From an uncultured Spirochaetota bacterium (lineage in GTDB: Bacteria > Spirochaetota > Spirochaetia > SZUA-6 > Fen-1364), in contig CAVUXE010000053.1 in assembly GCA_963745235.1 (NCBI GenBank), positions 224,001-288,000 of the forward strand: a stretch of 64,000 bases of DNA. The letters run 5' to 3'. The translations under genes were made by a program, and so were the position numbers. Positions 50,763 through 60,209 of the stretch are shown piece after piece; positions within the stretch are counted from its first letter, which is position 1; the number at the start of each line of letters is the position of its first letter. The notes below the pieces were generated by a model that was given only the letters and a program-made list of their open reading frames with translations, did not search any database and had not been told where the DNA came from.

Positions 50763-51853
50763 TGGGGTACGTCGCGGTCCAGGGCGGCGTCACCGCCATT
50801 GAAAGCTCGCAGAAGCTCAACCGGTACCTCAGGCTCCGGGGGGAAAGCGCCCCGCTCTCGGTCAACCAGATCATGGACCAGATGGGCCCGCTCGTGGACA
50901 GGGTCATGGGCGAGGGCGGGCTGTACTCACCCTTCCACGCGGCCCTTGCCATCAAACAGGCATCCGGCGACCCCATCGAGGCGGCGTTCCTGCTGCGCGC
51001 CTACCGGGCGACGCTGCGGCGCCTCGTGGATTCGCTGCCGGTGCGCACCGAGGAGATGAGGATACTGCGCCGCATTTCCAGCGCCTTCAAGACCATCCCC
51101 GGAGGCCAGGTCCTCGGTTCCACCTCCGACTACGAGCAGCGGATCCTCGACTTCTCACTCGCCGAGGAGACCGTGGAGACGCAGCGCGAGGCAGTGCGCG
51201 AGTTCGAGGCGGGTCTCGGGGACCATGGGGAGCCGCTTTCCCCCGGGCACTTCCGCAAGGTGGTGGACATGCTCCGCGACCAGGGCCTGGTGCCGCCCGT
51301 GCCGCCGCGCTCCGACGCCCCGCCGACGGACGTCACGCAGGAGTCCGCGACGTTCCCGCTTGACCGCAGCGGCCGTCTGCAGATGCTCGCCCGGGCGGAA
51401 ACGGGCGGGGTGCTCGCCCTGGCGTACAGCAGCATGCGCGGCTATGGCAGCATTCATCCCACCGTGGGAGAGCTGCGCGTCGGCCGGGTCCGCGTGCAGA
51501 TCCCGCACCCCTGGCGGAAGGGGAGGGCGGTCACCCTCGGCTCCGCGGCCATCACCGAGGTGGAGATCGTCGCTTCGTTCCATCGCTCCGAGGGGGAAGC
51601 GAAGCCGACTTTCAGCCTGGGGTACGGCTCATGCTTCGGCCATAACGAAGTGAAGGCCATCTCGCTCGGGGTCCTGGACCGGGCCATGAGGTCTCCGACT
51701 CCCGGGGCGCCCGCGGAGGACCACGAGTTCGTCCTGCTGCACACTGACGGCGTGGAGTCTTCGGGGTTCTGCTCCCATTTCAAGCTTCCCCACTATGTCA
51801 CCTTCCAGGCGGACCTCGACAGGCTGCGCACCCAGAGGGGAGTCGAAGAATGA
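50762..51853 (+). CDS. phnI: C-P lyase subunit PhnI
   Basis: YVAVQGG, RRISSAFK.IPGGQ.LG, IHPTVGELR and HFKLPHYVTFQ motifs. Confidence 0.95.
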   Translation: MGYVAVQGGVTAIESSQKLNRYLRLRGESAPLSVNQIMDQMGPLVDRVMGEGGLYSPFHAALAIKQASGDPIEAAFLLRAYRATLRRLVDSLPVRTEEMRILRRISSAFKTIPGGQVLGSTSDYEQRILDFSLAEETVETQREAVREFEAGLGDHGEPLSPGHFRKVVDMLRDQGLVPPVPPRSDAPPTDVTQESATFPLDRSGRLQMLARAETGGVLALAYSSMRGYGSIHPTVGELRVGRVRVQIPHPWRKGRAVTLGSAAITEVEIVASFHRSEGEAKPTFSLGYGSCFGHNEVKAISLGVLDRAMRSPTPGAPAEDHEFVLLHTDGVESSGFCSHFKLPHYVTFQADLDRLRTQRGVEE

Positions 51854-52746
51854 CGCTGCAGGAGCTTCTGCCGCGGGGAAAGGGCTTTCGCTACAACTTC
51901 GCCTTTGTCGACGAGGGGGTGAAGAAGGAAGTCCGACGCGCCCTCCTGAAAGCCGTGGCCCTTCCGGGCCACCAGGTGCCTTTTGCATCCCCCGAGCTCC
52001 CGATCGCCCGGGGGTGGGGGACAGGGGGCCTCCAGGTGACGATGTCCATCATCGGCCCGAACGATGTGCTGAAGATCATAGATCAGGGCTGCGATGGAAG
52101 CGTGAACGCCGTCAACCTGCGGAAGCTCCTGGTGGCGACAACCGGCGTGCGCACCACTTTCGATTCGCGGGAAGCAACGGTGCTGCAGTCCCGGCACCGC
52201 CTTCCCGAGATCCCCCTTCGCGCCGACCAGATCGCTGTCCTGCAGGTCCCGCTCCCCGAGCCCCTTCGGCTCGTTGAGCCGAGCGAGGTGGAGACGCGGC
52301 GGATGCACTCCGAGGGGGACTATGCGCGCATGTGGGTGTCCCTGTACGAGGACATCGTTCGAAACGGGTCCATCTCCCTCACGTCCGGCTATCCCTGCCG
52401 CGTGAACGAAACCTACATCATGTCTCCCTCACCCCTCCCTCGATGGGACCTGCCGCTGCTCCACGATGCCGAGCACCTGACCCTCCTTGGCGCCGGCCGC
52501 GAGAAGCGGGTCTACGCGGTGCCGCCGCATACCTCCGTGCGGCCGCTGGAGTTCGACGACATGCCGTTCGCCGTGGAGGATTTCTCCGGCATGATCTGCG
52601 CGCGCTGCGGGTCAAGCGGCACGTTCCTGGACGAGATCTATGATGAAAAGAGCGGCGAGCCGTCACGCGTGTGCTCGGATTCCGGGTTCTGCGACCTGGT
52701 GCTCCAGGGGGCCATCCCCCGACGAGGGAGACGCGCCCATGGCTGA
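51850..52746 (+). CDS. phnJ: C-P lyase catalytic subunit PhnJ
   Basis: PGHQVPF, GWGTGGLQ and GAGREK motifs. CX2CX21C cluster motif followed by SDSGFC. Confidence 0.95.
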   Translation: MTLQELLPRGKGFRYNFAFVDEGVKKEVRRALLKAVALPGHQVPFASPELPIARGWGTGGLQVTMSIIGPNDVLKIIDQGCDGSVNAVNLRKLLVATTGVRTTFDSREATVLQSRHRLPEIPLRADQIAVLQVPLPEPLRLVEPSEVETRRMHSEGDYARMWVSLYEDIVRNGSISLTSGYPCRVNETYIMSPSPLPRWDLPLLHDAEHLTLLGAGREKRVYAVPPHTSVRPLEFDDMPFAVEDFSGMICARCGSSGTFLDEIYDEKSGEPSRVCSDSGFCDLVLQGAIPRRGRRAHG

Positions 52747-53575
52747 CCAGGTTCTCCTGCGGGTGCAGGACCTCGGAAAGCGCTTCGGTCCTGGATGCGA
52801 GGGCTGTCGGGAGCTCACGGGTCCCGAGCATTCGACGAACATGTGCCCGCGGTGCGGGTCCGTGACCGCGATGGCCGGCATCACCTTCGAGCTGAAGCAG
52901 GGAGAGATCCTGGGGGTGGTAGGAGAAAGCGGGTCCGGAAAGAGCACCCTGGTCCAATGCGTCTACTTCGACCAGGACGCAACGGGGGGGCGGATCAGCA
53001 TCAACGGGCAGAACGGGGGAAGCAACGTCCTGGAGCTGCCCCGCAGCGAGAAGCGCAGGCTGCGCGGCCGCCTCATGGGAATGGTGTACCAGAACCCGCT
53101 GCGAGGGCTCCGTATGGATATCACCAGCGGGGCCAACGTCGCGGAGAAGCTCCTGGAGGCAGACGTCTTTCATTTTGCGCGTATCCGCGAGCGGGCGACA
53201 CGGCTCCTTGCCAGCACGGAGATACCCCTTGCGTACATGGATCGCTTCCCGCGATCCCTTTCCGGCGGGATGCAGCAGCGCATCCAGATCGCAAAGGCCC
53301 TGGCGAACAACCCTCCCCTCGTTCTCCTTGACGAGGTCACCTCCGGCCTCGACGTGAGCGTGCAGGCGCGGGTGCTGGACCTCATTCGCGAGCTGCAGCG
53401 GGAGCTCGGGATCTCGATGATCGTGGTATCGCACGACATGGGGGTCATCCGGCTCCTCGCGGACCGTACGCTGGTCATGAAAGACGGCTTCGTGGTGGAG
53501 CAGGGGCTCACTGACCAGATCCTCGAAGACCCGCAGCATGCCTACACGCAGCTGCTCGTGCATTCGACGCTGTAG
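52739..53575 (+). CDS. phnK: C-P lyase ATPase PhnK
   Basis: GESGSGKST, SGGMQQR and DPQHAYTQLLV motifs. N-terminal CxxC...CxxC insert. Confidence 0.9.
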   Translation: MADQVLLRVQDLGKRFGPGCEGCRELTGPEHSTNMCPRCGSVTAMAGITFELKQGEILGVVGESGSGKSTLVQCVYFDQDATGGRISINGQNGGSNVLELPRSEKRRLRGRLMGMVYQNPLRGLRMDITSGANVAEKLLEADVFHFARIRERATRLLASTEIPLAYMDRFPRSLSGGMQQRIQIAKALANNPPLVLLDEVTSGLDVSVQARVLDLIRELQRELGISMIVVSHDMGVIRLLADRTLVMKDGFVVEQGLTDQILEDPQHAYTQLLVHSTL

Positions 53576-53592
53576 GAGGGAGACCAGGCCAG

Positions 53593-54291
53593 ATGATGCG
53601 ATGCGAGGGGCTTTCCAAGACGTTCCTCATGCACGTGCGCGGCGGCAAGCGGATCCCGGCGTTCGCCGATGTGAGCTTCAGCCTGTCGGAAGGGGAGTTC
53701 CTCGGCATCAGCGGTCCCAGCGGCGCCGGCAAGTCCTCTCTCCTCAAGTGCCTCTACCGCACGTACCTCCCCTCCGCCGGCTCGGTCTGGTACAAGGACG
53801 CCGCGGCGCAGACACGGGACCTTGCCGCGGCGGACGAGCACGACATCCTGCGGCTGCGCCGCCTCGAGATCGGGTACATCTCCCAGTTCTTTCCCGTCAT
53901 CCCACGGGTATCCGCGCTCGACACCATTGCGAACAGCATGGTGGCGCGGGGCTTCCCGCGGGAAGAAAGTCTCGGGAAGGCCCGCGAGCTGCTGGAAAGG
54001 CTCGCCATTCCGCGCCCGCTCTGGGAGCTGTCTCCGTCCACGTTCTCGGGAGGCGAGAAGCAGCGGATCAATATCATCCACGCCATCATTGCCCGTCCCC
54101 GCCTGCTCCTGCTGGATGAGCCCACGGCGTCCCTTGACGCGGCCACGGCGCGGGAGGCGGTGTCTCTGATACGGGAGCTGAAAGGGGAGGGGACTGCGAT
54201 GATCGGGATATTCCACGACATGGCTCTTCTGACGGGTCTTTCGGACCAGATGATCGAAATGGGTGCAACGCGCGTCGGGGGTGCCGCGTGA
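53593..54291 (+). CDS. phnL: C-P lyase ATPase PhnL
   Basis: GPSGAGKSS, ISQF...PRVSA, TFSGGEKQR and GIFHD motifs. Confidence 0.92.
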   Translation: MMRCEGLSKTFLMHVRGGKRIPAFADVSFSLSEGEFLGISGPSGAGKSSLLKCLYRTYLPSAGSVWYKDAAAQTRDLAAADEHDILRLRRLEIGYISQFFPVIPRVSALDTIANSMVARGFPREESLGKARELLERLAIPRPLWELSPSTFSGGEKQRINIIHAIIARPRLLLLDEPTASLDAATAREAVSLIRELKGEGTAMIGIFHDMALLTGLSDQMIEMGATRVGGAA

Positions 54292-55532
54292 AGGATACGG
54301 TCTTCACCGACGTCCGCATCGTCACACCGAGTGAGGTCATCCAACGGGGCACGCTGACCGTCAGGGACGGCTTGATCGCCTCCGTGGAGAGCGGCCAGCC
54401 GCGCTCCCTGGTCCCCGCCGGGGCGGCCGTGATCCCGGGTCAGGGCCGGCTCTTGATGCCGGGTTTCGTGGACCTGCACAACGACGGGATCGAGGGGGAG
54501 ATCGAGCCGCGGCCGCGCGCCGTGTTCCCCCTGGCCGTCGCTCTTCAGTCGCTGGAGAGCAAGCTCGTCAGCCACGGCATCACGACGATATTCCATTCCT
54601 TCTCCTTCCTGGACGGCCGGGAAGGGACGCTGCATCCGGACGTGCTGGAGCCCGCGGTGCGGGAGATTCACAAGCTTCGACGCACGGGGGTCATCCGGCA
54701 CCTCGTGCACGCCCGCTACGAAATGGCGGAGACGCACCACTACGAGAGGTTTCGTCGACTGATCGACGAGAGGCTCGTGAACCTCGTCTCCTTCATGGAC
54801 CACACGCCGGGGCAGGGGCAGTACCGCAACCCTGAGCACCTCGTGAACTACTATGTGCGCAAGTACAACTCCCCGCTCGGGGAGATCCAGGCCCTTCTCA
54901 AAGAACGGGAGGCAAAGGCCCGCAACCCCGAGGTGGGCATGATTCTCGGCAAGCTCGCGGCCCATGTCCGGGAGGCTGGCCTGCCCCTTGCGTCTCATGA
55001 CGACGACTCCGCGGAAAAAGTGGCGCGGATGCACGGCCTCGGCATCACGATCAGCGAGTTTCCCGTCGACATGGCCGCGGCGCGCGCCGCTTCCCAGCGG
55101 GGCATGCATGTCGCCGTGGGTGCCCCGAATGTCCTGCGCGGGAAATCCACCTCGAACAACCTGAGCGCCCGTGAAGCGATCCTGGACAACACGGTGGACA
55201 TCCTTTGCTCGGACTACTATACGCCGGCGCTCCTGCACGCGGTGTTTCGCCTGGTCAGGGAAGGGATTCTCCCGCTGCCGAAGGCCGTTCGCATGGTCAG
55301 CGCGAACCCGGCCCAGGCCGCCGGTATGCAGGCGGAGCTGGGCTCCGTGGAGGTCGGCAAACGGGCGGACCTCATCATGGTCAACGACTCGGGGGATCTG
55401 CCCGCGGTTGTGGGCGTGTGGGTGGGCGGACGTTGCGTTCTGGAGAAGCATGACAGCACGTCCAACCCTCTGGGTGATCTCTGGGCGCGGGAGGTCTCTG
55501 TTCTCCCGCGGGAGTCCACCCATGCTTCATGA
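54288..55532 (+). CDS. phnM: Ribose 1-methylphosphonate 5-triphosphate diphosphatase PhnM
   Basis: [24 protein letters not shown] and CSDY motifs. Confidence 0.93.
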   Translation: MKDTVFTDVRIVTPSEVIQRGTLTVRDGLIASVESGQPRSLVPAGAAVIPGQGRLLMPGFVDLHNDGIEGEIEPRPRAVFPLAVALQSLESKLVSHGITTIFHSFSFLDGREGTLHPDVLEPAVREIHKLRRTGVIRHLVHARYEMAETHHYERFRRLIDERLVNLVSFMDHTPGQGQYRNPEHLVNYYVRKYNSPLGEIQALLKEREAKARNPEVGMILGKLAAHVREAGLPLASHDDDSAEKVARMHGLGITISEFPVDMAAARAASQRGMHVAVGAPNVLRGKSTSNNLSAREAILDNTVDILCSDYYTPALLHAVFRLVREGILPLPKAVRMVSANPAQAAGMQAELGSVEVGKRADLIMVNDSGDLPAVVGVWVGGRCVLEKHDSTSNPLGDLWAREVSVLPRESTHAS

Positions 55533-56166
55533 AATGGACCTGCGTCCTGAAGAGCCGCCCTGCATCCTCTCCGAAGCCCCGCTGATTCACGAAGGAGCGC
55601 GGATAGAGAAGAGCCGCATTGGCTCGTGGACGGAGATAGGTCGAGGCAGTCACATCGTCGAGTCCACGATCGGCGACTATACCTATGACGACGGGGATGT
55701 CTCGATCTTCTACTCCGAGATCGGAAAGTTCTGCTCCCTGGCCAACAGGGTGCGAATCAACCCCGGCAATCACCCGCAGGACAGAGTGACCCAGCACCAC
55801 CTGACGTATCGGAGAAAACAGTTCGGCCTCGACACGCGTGATGATGAGGTGTTTTTCGACTGGCGCCGGTCGCATCCCTGCGTGATCGGACATGATGTGT
55901 GGATCGGCCACGCGGCAGTGGTGCTCCCTGGCGTGCGGATCGGCACGGGGGCCGTGATAGGCGCCGCGGCGGTTGTCACCAGGGACGTAGAGCCATACCA
56001 GGTAGTGGTGGGGGTGCCCGCGCGACCCGTGCGCAGGCGCTTCCCCGAGGATGTCATCCATCGCATCCTGAAGAGCGAGTGGTGGAACTGGGACCGGCAG
56101 GAGCTGGAAGAGCGCTGGCGCGACCTGTTCTCGGTTGAAGGCTTCCTGGCGCGGTACGCACCGTGA
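55522..56166 (+). CDS. Phosphonate-associated hexapeptide-repeat (CatB-like) acetyltransferase
   Basis: [14 protein letters not shown]...QHHLTYR and IGHDVWIGH motifs. Confidence 0.85.
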   Translation: MLHEMDLRPEEPPCILSEAPLIHEGARIEKSRIGSWTEIGRGSHIVESTIGDYTYDDGDVSIFYSEIGKFCSLANRVRINPGNHPQDRVTQHHLTYRRKQFGLDTRDDEVFFDWRRSHPCVIGHDVWIGHAAVVLPGVRIGTGAVIGAAAVVTRDVEPYQVVVGVPARPVRRRFPEDVIHRILKSEWWNWDRQELEERWRDLFSVEGFLARYAP

Positions 56167-56999
56167 CGACGTCCCCCATGGTGGATGAAGCCGCTGTCCG
56201 CAGCGTCGCAATCCAGGCAGCCACGGGCGCCGGCGCGTTGATGCGCGGCAGCTTCAAGTCCGCGCTCCAGGTGGACGCGACGGAGGCACACGACCTGAAG
56301 CTGCGGCTTGATCGCACCTGCGAGGAGAGCATCGTCGGTGTGATCCGCGAACGCTTTGCCGAGCACGGCATTCTGTCGGAGGAGATGGGGTACGCCCCGG
56401 GCACGGACCCCTATGTCTGGATCGTAGATCCCCTGGACGGCACCGTGAACTTCTTTCATGGCATCCCGTTCTTCTGCACGTGCGTGTCCTGCCACGGGGT
56501 CCGGCAGAACGATGAGTCCCCGGGCGAAGCGCATCTTCCTGACGGCCGCGCCGTCGGCGGGGCCGTGGCGGCCGTCATCTACGCCCCCGTTGCCAGGGAG
56601 CTCTTCGTGGCCACGCCCCGGGCGGGCTCTTTCCTGAACGGAGCTCGACTGGTCCTGAAGCCCCTGGCAGACCTTTCCGATGCAATTGTCTCCCTGTCAT
56701 TCGGCGCGCGGGACGGCAGCCCGTCCTACATGAGCCGGCTGCTCCCCGCCATGATCGAACGCGCGCAGAAGGTGCGAAGCCTCGGCAGCACTGCCCTGGA
56801 CATCGTGAATGTGGCGGCCGGTCGGACCGGCGCATTTGTCCAGATGGGCACGAACCTCTGGGACTTCTCCGCGGCCGCGGCCATCTTGAGGGAGGCGGGA
56901 GGCATTGTCGATACCACGGAATATGCTCCGGGCCGCTGGAAGGTAATCGCGAGCAACCCGGGCCTGTTCTCCGAAGTGCGGAAGCTTGCCGGGCAATGA
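56163..56999 (+). CDS. Inositol monophosphatase-family phosphatase
   Basis: [16 protein letters not shown] and WDFSAA...EAGG motifs. GTGA-coupled to the upstream gene. Confidence 0.9.
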   Translation: MTTSPMVDEAAVRSVAIQAATGAGALMRGSFKSALQVDATEAHDLKLRLDRTCEESIVGVIRERFAEHGILSEEMGYAPGTDPYVWIVDPLDGTVNFFHGIPFFCTCVSCHGVRQNDESPGEAHLPDGRAVGGAVAAVIYAPVARELFVATPRAGSFLNGARLVLKPLADLSDAIVSLSFGARDGSPSYMSRLLPAMIERAQKVRSLGSTALDIVNVAAGRTGAFVQMGTNLWDFSAAAAILREAGGIVDTTEYAPGRWKVIASNPGLFSEVRKLAGQ

Positions 57000-57565
57000 G
57001 CGCCTCGATCAGGTTCATCATCATCACTGTCCTTCCGGACGACGTTGCGCGCAGGTTCGACTCTGCGCGGCGCCTCGTTTGCGAGGTCGGGCGCTCCCGG
57101 GCCAGCCTCGCGTACCCGCCGCATGTCACGCTTCGGACCGGGGCTCTCGTTCCGGTGGAGCACGTTTCAGCGTTCCTTGAAGGGTTCAGTGAGGCCCTCG
57201 GCGCGTGGGACCCCTTTTCCGTCACGACAGACGGGTTTCTCCTCTCTGGGTACCAAGACGGGGAGGTGCGGAAATATCTGGCCGGCTACCGGGTTCGAAA
57301 AGACCCCCCGATCATGAGCCTCAACACGCGGCTCCTTCGCTTCGAGAAGTGGCGGGCGAGCAATCGCCTTGTTTTCGAGCCTCACCTCACCCTCGCCTTC
57401 GATGACCTGACCGAGGAAGGCATGCAGAGAGTCCGGCTCTGGCTCGACGAAAACCCGAACGGGCTTCCAACGGGTTTCCAATGGTCGTGCGACAACGTGT
57501 GCCTCTACCGGCCTCAGGGCGACTCCTGGAGCCTGCACGCGGAGTGGAAGGCGCGGCGCCCCTGA
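56996..57565 (+). CDS. 2H phosphoesterase (2'-5' RNA ligase/cyclic phosphodiesterase superfamily)
   Basis: Two HxT motifs, YPPHVTLR and FEPHLTLAF. ATGA-coupled. Confidence 0.85.
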   Translation: MSASIRFIIITVLPDDVARRFDSARRLVCEVGRSRASLAYPPHVTLRTGALVPVEHVSAFLEGFSEALGAWDPFSVTTDGFLLSGYQDGEVRKYLAGYRVRKDPPIMSLNTRLLRFEKWRASNRLVFEPHLTLAFDDLTEEGMQRVRLWLDENPNGLPTGFQWSCDNVCLYRPQGDSWSLHAEWKARRP

Positions 57566-57644
57566 TCGCGCTTTGCACGATGTCCCCGGGCAGGGAGATT
57601 TCCCAGAGGGTGCACGGCGCGAAGCGTGGTGCGGCACGGATGCT

Positions 57645-58120
57645 TCAGTCCACGATCAGGCCAATGGCAAAGCCGTCGTAGCCCTTCACCCCAACCGTCT
57701 GAATGGCGGTTGCCATCACGTGAGGATTGGCGGCCATGCGGGAGTTGCATTCCCTTGTTCCGCGGACGCCTTCATCCGCGCCATCATCCGTGTGGAGAAC
57801 GTCGCCAGCCCTCACCACGTTGTCCACCACGGTCAGGCTGCCGGGGTGCGTCAGGAGTACCGCCCAGTCGAAGTATGCCGCGTTGTTCTGCTTATCGGCA
57901 TCGAGAAACACGAAGTCGAGCATGCGAGGCATCTGCTCCGCAAGCAGCCGTAGCGACTCCAGCGCCGGACCGACGCGCACCTCGATGATGTCCTGCAGCC
58001 CGGCTCCCTCGATGTTGCGCCGCGCAGCTGCGGCGTGTTTCTCGCTGGCTTCCAGCGAGATGAGCACGGAACAAACATTTCATTGATATATCTGTCCACT
58101 CGCGTCCATGTGTCCTGCAT
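57645..58120 (-). pseudogene. O-methyltransferase (YrrM-like) pseudogene with internal deletion
   Basis: MQDTWTRVDRYINEMFVP is fused out of frame to LISLE...FLDADK...VVDNVVR...GYDGF. The SAM-binding motif I is absent. Confidence 0.75.
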
Positions 58121-58202
58121 CCTGCCTCCTGCTTCCGCAGCTGCCAAGCTACCGCCCCCCCGGGCCGAAAGTCCAGCCGGGCTGGACGGGATGGTCCTCA
58201 GA

Positions 58203-58240
58203 TTCACGATAGTTTAACAAACGCTTAATCCACGCAAAAC
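58203..58240 (+). promoter_or_regulatory. Pho-box-like array upstream of phnD
   Basis: TTCAC/TTAAC/TTAAT/AAAAC at 58203, 58214, 58225 and 58236 (11-bp period). Confidence 0.72.
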
Positions 58241-58329
58241 AAATCCTGCGCAGAATTGCGACCGGGTGAGACAAGGGAAATTGCGGAAGCGCGCGGGAGC
58301 GCCTTCCGCCGAGAGAAAGGAGCATTTGC

Positions 58330-59349
58330 ATGAAGAGAGTCCATTTGCTTTTTGCGGGCGTGGTTCTGGCATCCCTGACCCTCCTGGCGGGATGCGGACC
58401 GGCGGGCAAGCCCATCACGATCGCCTGGCTGCCCAATAACTCCGGCGACAACCAGAAGGTGTTCCGCGCGGAGTTCGACAAGGTGGTCGCGGACGCCACC
58501 GGGAGGAAGGTCGAAGACAAGCTGACGACGGACTACAACATCGCCATGGCAGCCCTGGATTCGGGGGACGCCCAGCTGGGCTGGTTCGGGCCTTTCGAGT
58601 ACATGGCCGGCCACGCAAAGAATCCTCACGTCGTGGCGCTTGTCGTGGAAAGCGGAGATTCGGGCGGGCTTCAGGATTCCCTCTACTACAGCCGGCTGCT
58701 CGTGAAGAAAGGCAATGAAGGCCAGTACAAGTCCGGCGACGGTTTCTCGATCGACAAGATAGTCGGCAAGAAGGTCTCCTTTGTTTCCACCAGCTCGACG
58801 TCCGGGTTCAACATGCCGGCCGCAGCAATCATGGCCTCCTTCCATGGCATGGACAAGTGGAAGAGCCTGTCAAAGGATGACCTCATGCAGGGCGGCCCGG
58901 GGAAGTTCTTCTCCCAGGTCATGTTCTCAGGTTCCCATCAGCTCTCCCTGGCGAACCTCCTCATGGGCAAGGTTGACATCTCCGCGGTGGACGATATCGA
59001 CGTCAAGGTCTACCTGGATCTGACCTCGGGGACCGAGAACCAGGAAGGCGCCGTTTATGCCGTCAAGAAGGGCGCGGAGGCTCCGTTCGACACGCTTGGC
59101 GGTGCACAGTTCGTCATCATCAAGTCGATCCCGGTCCAGAACACTCCGTTCGAAACCAACGACACAACGCTGGACAAGGCGACCCTGGACAAGATCACGC
59201 AGGCGCTTCTTTCGGACAAAGTCACCAATGACCAGATGGTGTTCCAGCCCAAGGGCGGTTCGGGCGCCGGGTTGTTCAGCCAGCCTCATCGTTTCGTGAA
59301 AGTGGATGACTCCTGGTACGACCCGATGCGGAAGGTCCTCGGCCTTTAG
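58330..59349 (+). CDS. phnD: Phosphonate ABC transporter substrate-binding lipoprotein
   Basis: LAGC lipobox. TDY, SSTSGF and GSHQ motifs. AGGAG RBS. Confidence 0.88.
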   Translation: MKRVHLLFAGVVLASLTLLAGCGPAGKPITIAWLPNNSGDNQKVFRAEFDKVVADATGRKVEDKLTTDYNIAMAALDSGDAQLGWFGPFEYMAGHAKNPHVVALVVESGDSGGLQDSLYYSRLLVKKGNEGQYKSGDGFSIDKIVGKKVSFVSTSSTSGFNMPAAAIMASFHGMDKWKSLSKDDLMQGGPGKFFSQVMFSGSHQLSLANLLMGKVDISAVDDIDVKVYLDLTSGTENQEGAVYAVKKGAEAPFDTLGGAQFVIIKSIPVQNTPFETNDTTLDKATLDKITQALLSDKVTNDQMVFQPKGGSGAGLFSQPHRFVKVDDSWYDPMRKVLGL

Positions 59350-59368
59350 CAATCGATGCTCTGTTTCC

Positions 59369-59410
59369 GGCGTGGGGCATCGGCCTTTCGATGTCCCGCG
59401 CCAGCTTTTT
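59369..59410 (+). terminator. Intercistronic stem-loop after phnD (partial terminator or mRNA stabiliser)
   Basis: GGCGTGGGGCATCGG-CCTT-TCGATGTCCCGCGCC, a 15-bp stem with 3 GU pairs, followed by AGCTTTTT. Confidence 0.6.
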
Positions 59411-59427
59411 CGCGAGGGAGGCTCCGG

Positions 59428-60198
59428 ATGGCCCTTTTGGAATTGAGGAACGTCACCAAGTGCTACAAAGGAGCAAAGCGCGCGCTCGCCGACGTGAGCT
59501 TCTCAGTGGAAGAAGGGGAGTTCGTCTCCATCATCGGTTCCTCGGGATCCGGAAAGACCACCCTCCTGCGCTGTATCAACCGCATGATCGAGCCGACCGG
59601 CGGAGAGATATCCTTCGCCGGGGTCAGCGTCTCCCGGCTGCGCAGGCGCGAGCTGCGCCGCCTCAGGACACGGATCGGCATGATCTTCCAGCAGCACAAT
59701 CTCGTGGAGCGGTTGAGCGTGATCGAAAACGTCCTCCACGGAAGGCTGGGGTACAAATCCACGATCTCCGGAATGCTGGGACGGTACACCTATGAAGAAA
59801 AGCAAAGAGCGTTCGAGATCATCGGAATCCTGGGGCTGGACGAGCAGGTTTACCAGCGATGCGATCAGCTGAGCGGCGGCCAGAAGCAGCGCGTGGGGAT
59901 TGCCCGGGCGCTGGTCCAGAGTCCGAAAATGATCCTCTGTGATGAGCCGATTGCTTCACTGGATCCCGGCACCTCCAAGGTCATCATGGACTACCTCAGC
60001 GACATTTGCAGGGATTTCGGCATCACTCTGGTCATCAGCCTGCACCAGGTGGATGTTGCCCTGAGGTACTCCCACAGGGTAATCGGCTTCAACAGAGGTT
60101 CCATTCTCTACGACGGATCACCGCAAGGGCTCACCCCGGAAAGGATTGCGGAGATCTACGGGTCCGAGCCGGCGGAGCTCGCGATCCAGGCGGGGTAG
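59428..60198 (+). CDS. phnC: Phosphonate ABC transporter ATPase
   Basis: GSSGSGKTT, NVLHGRLG, LSGGQKQR and DEPIASLDP motifs. Confidence 0.93.
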   Translation: MALLELRNVTKCYKGAKRALADVSFSVEEGEFVSIIGSSGSGKTTLLRCINRMIEPTGGEISFAGVSVSRLRRRELRRLRTRIGMIFQQHNLVERLSVIENVLHGRLGYKSTISGMLGRYTYEEKQRAFEIIGILGLDEQVYQRCDQLSGGQKQRVGIARALVQSPKMILCDEPIASLDPGTSKVIMDYLSDICRDFGITLVISLHQVDVALRYSHRVIGFNRGSILYDGSPQGLTPERIAEIYGSEPAELAIQAG

Positions 60199-60209
60199 AC
60201 CTCATCCCC

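Noticed and set aside
46369-55523. Long antisense ORFs (46369..48525, 53754..55523, and similar ones such as 6499..8433)
   Set aside because: These are shadow ORFs typical of high-GC DNA, opposite genes with clear motifs.
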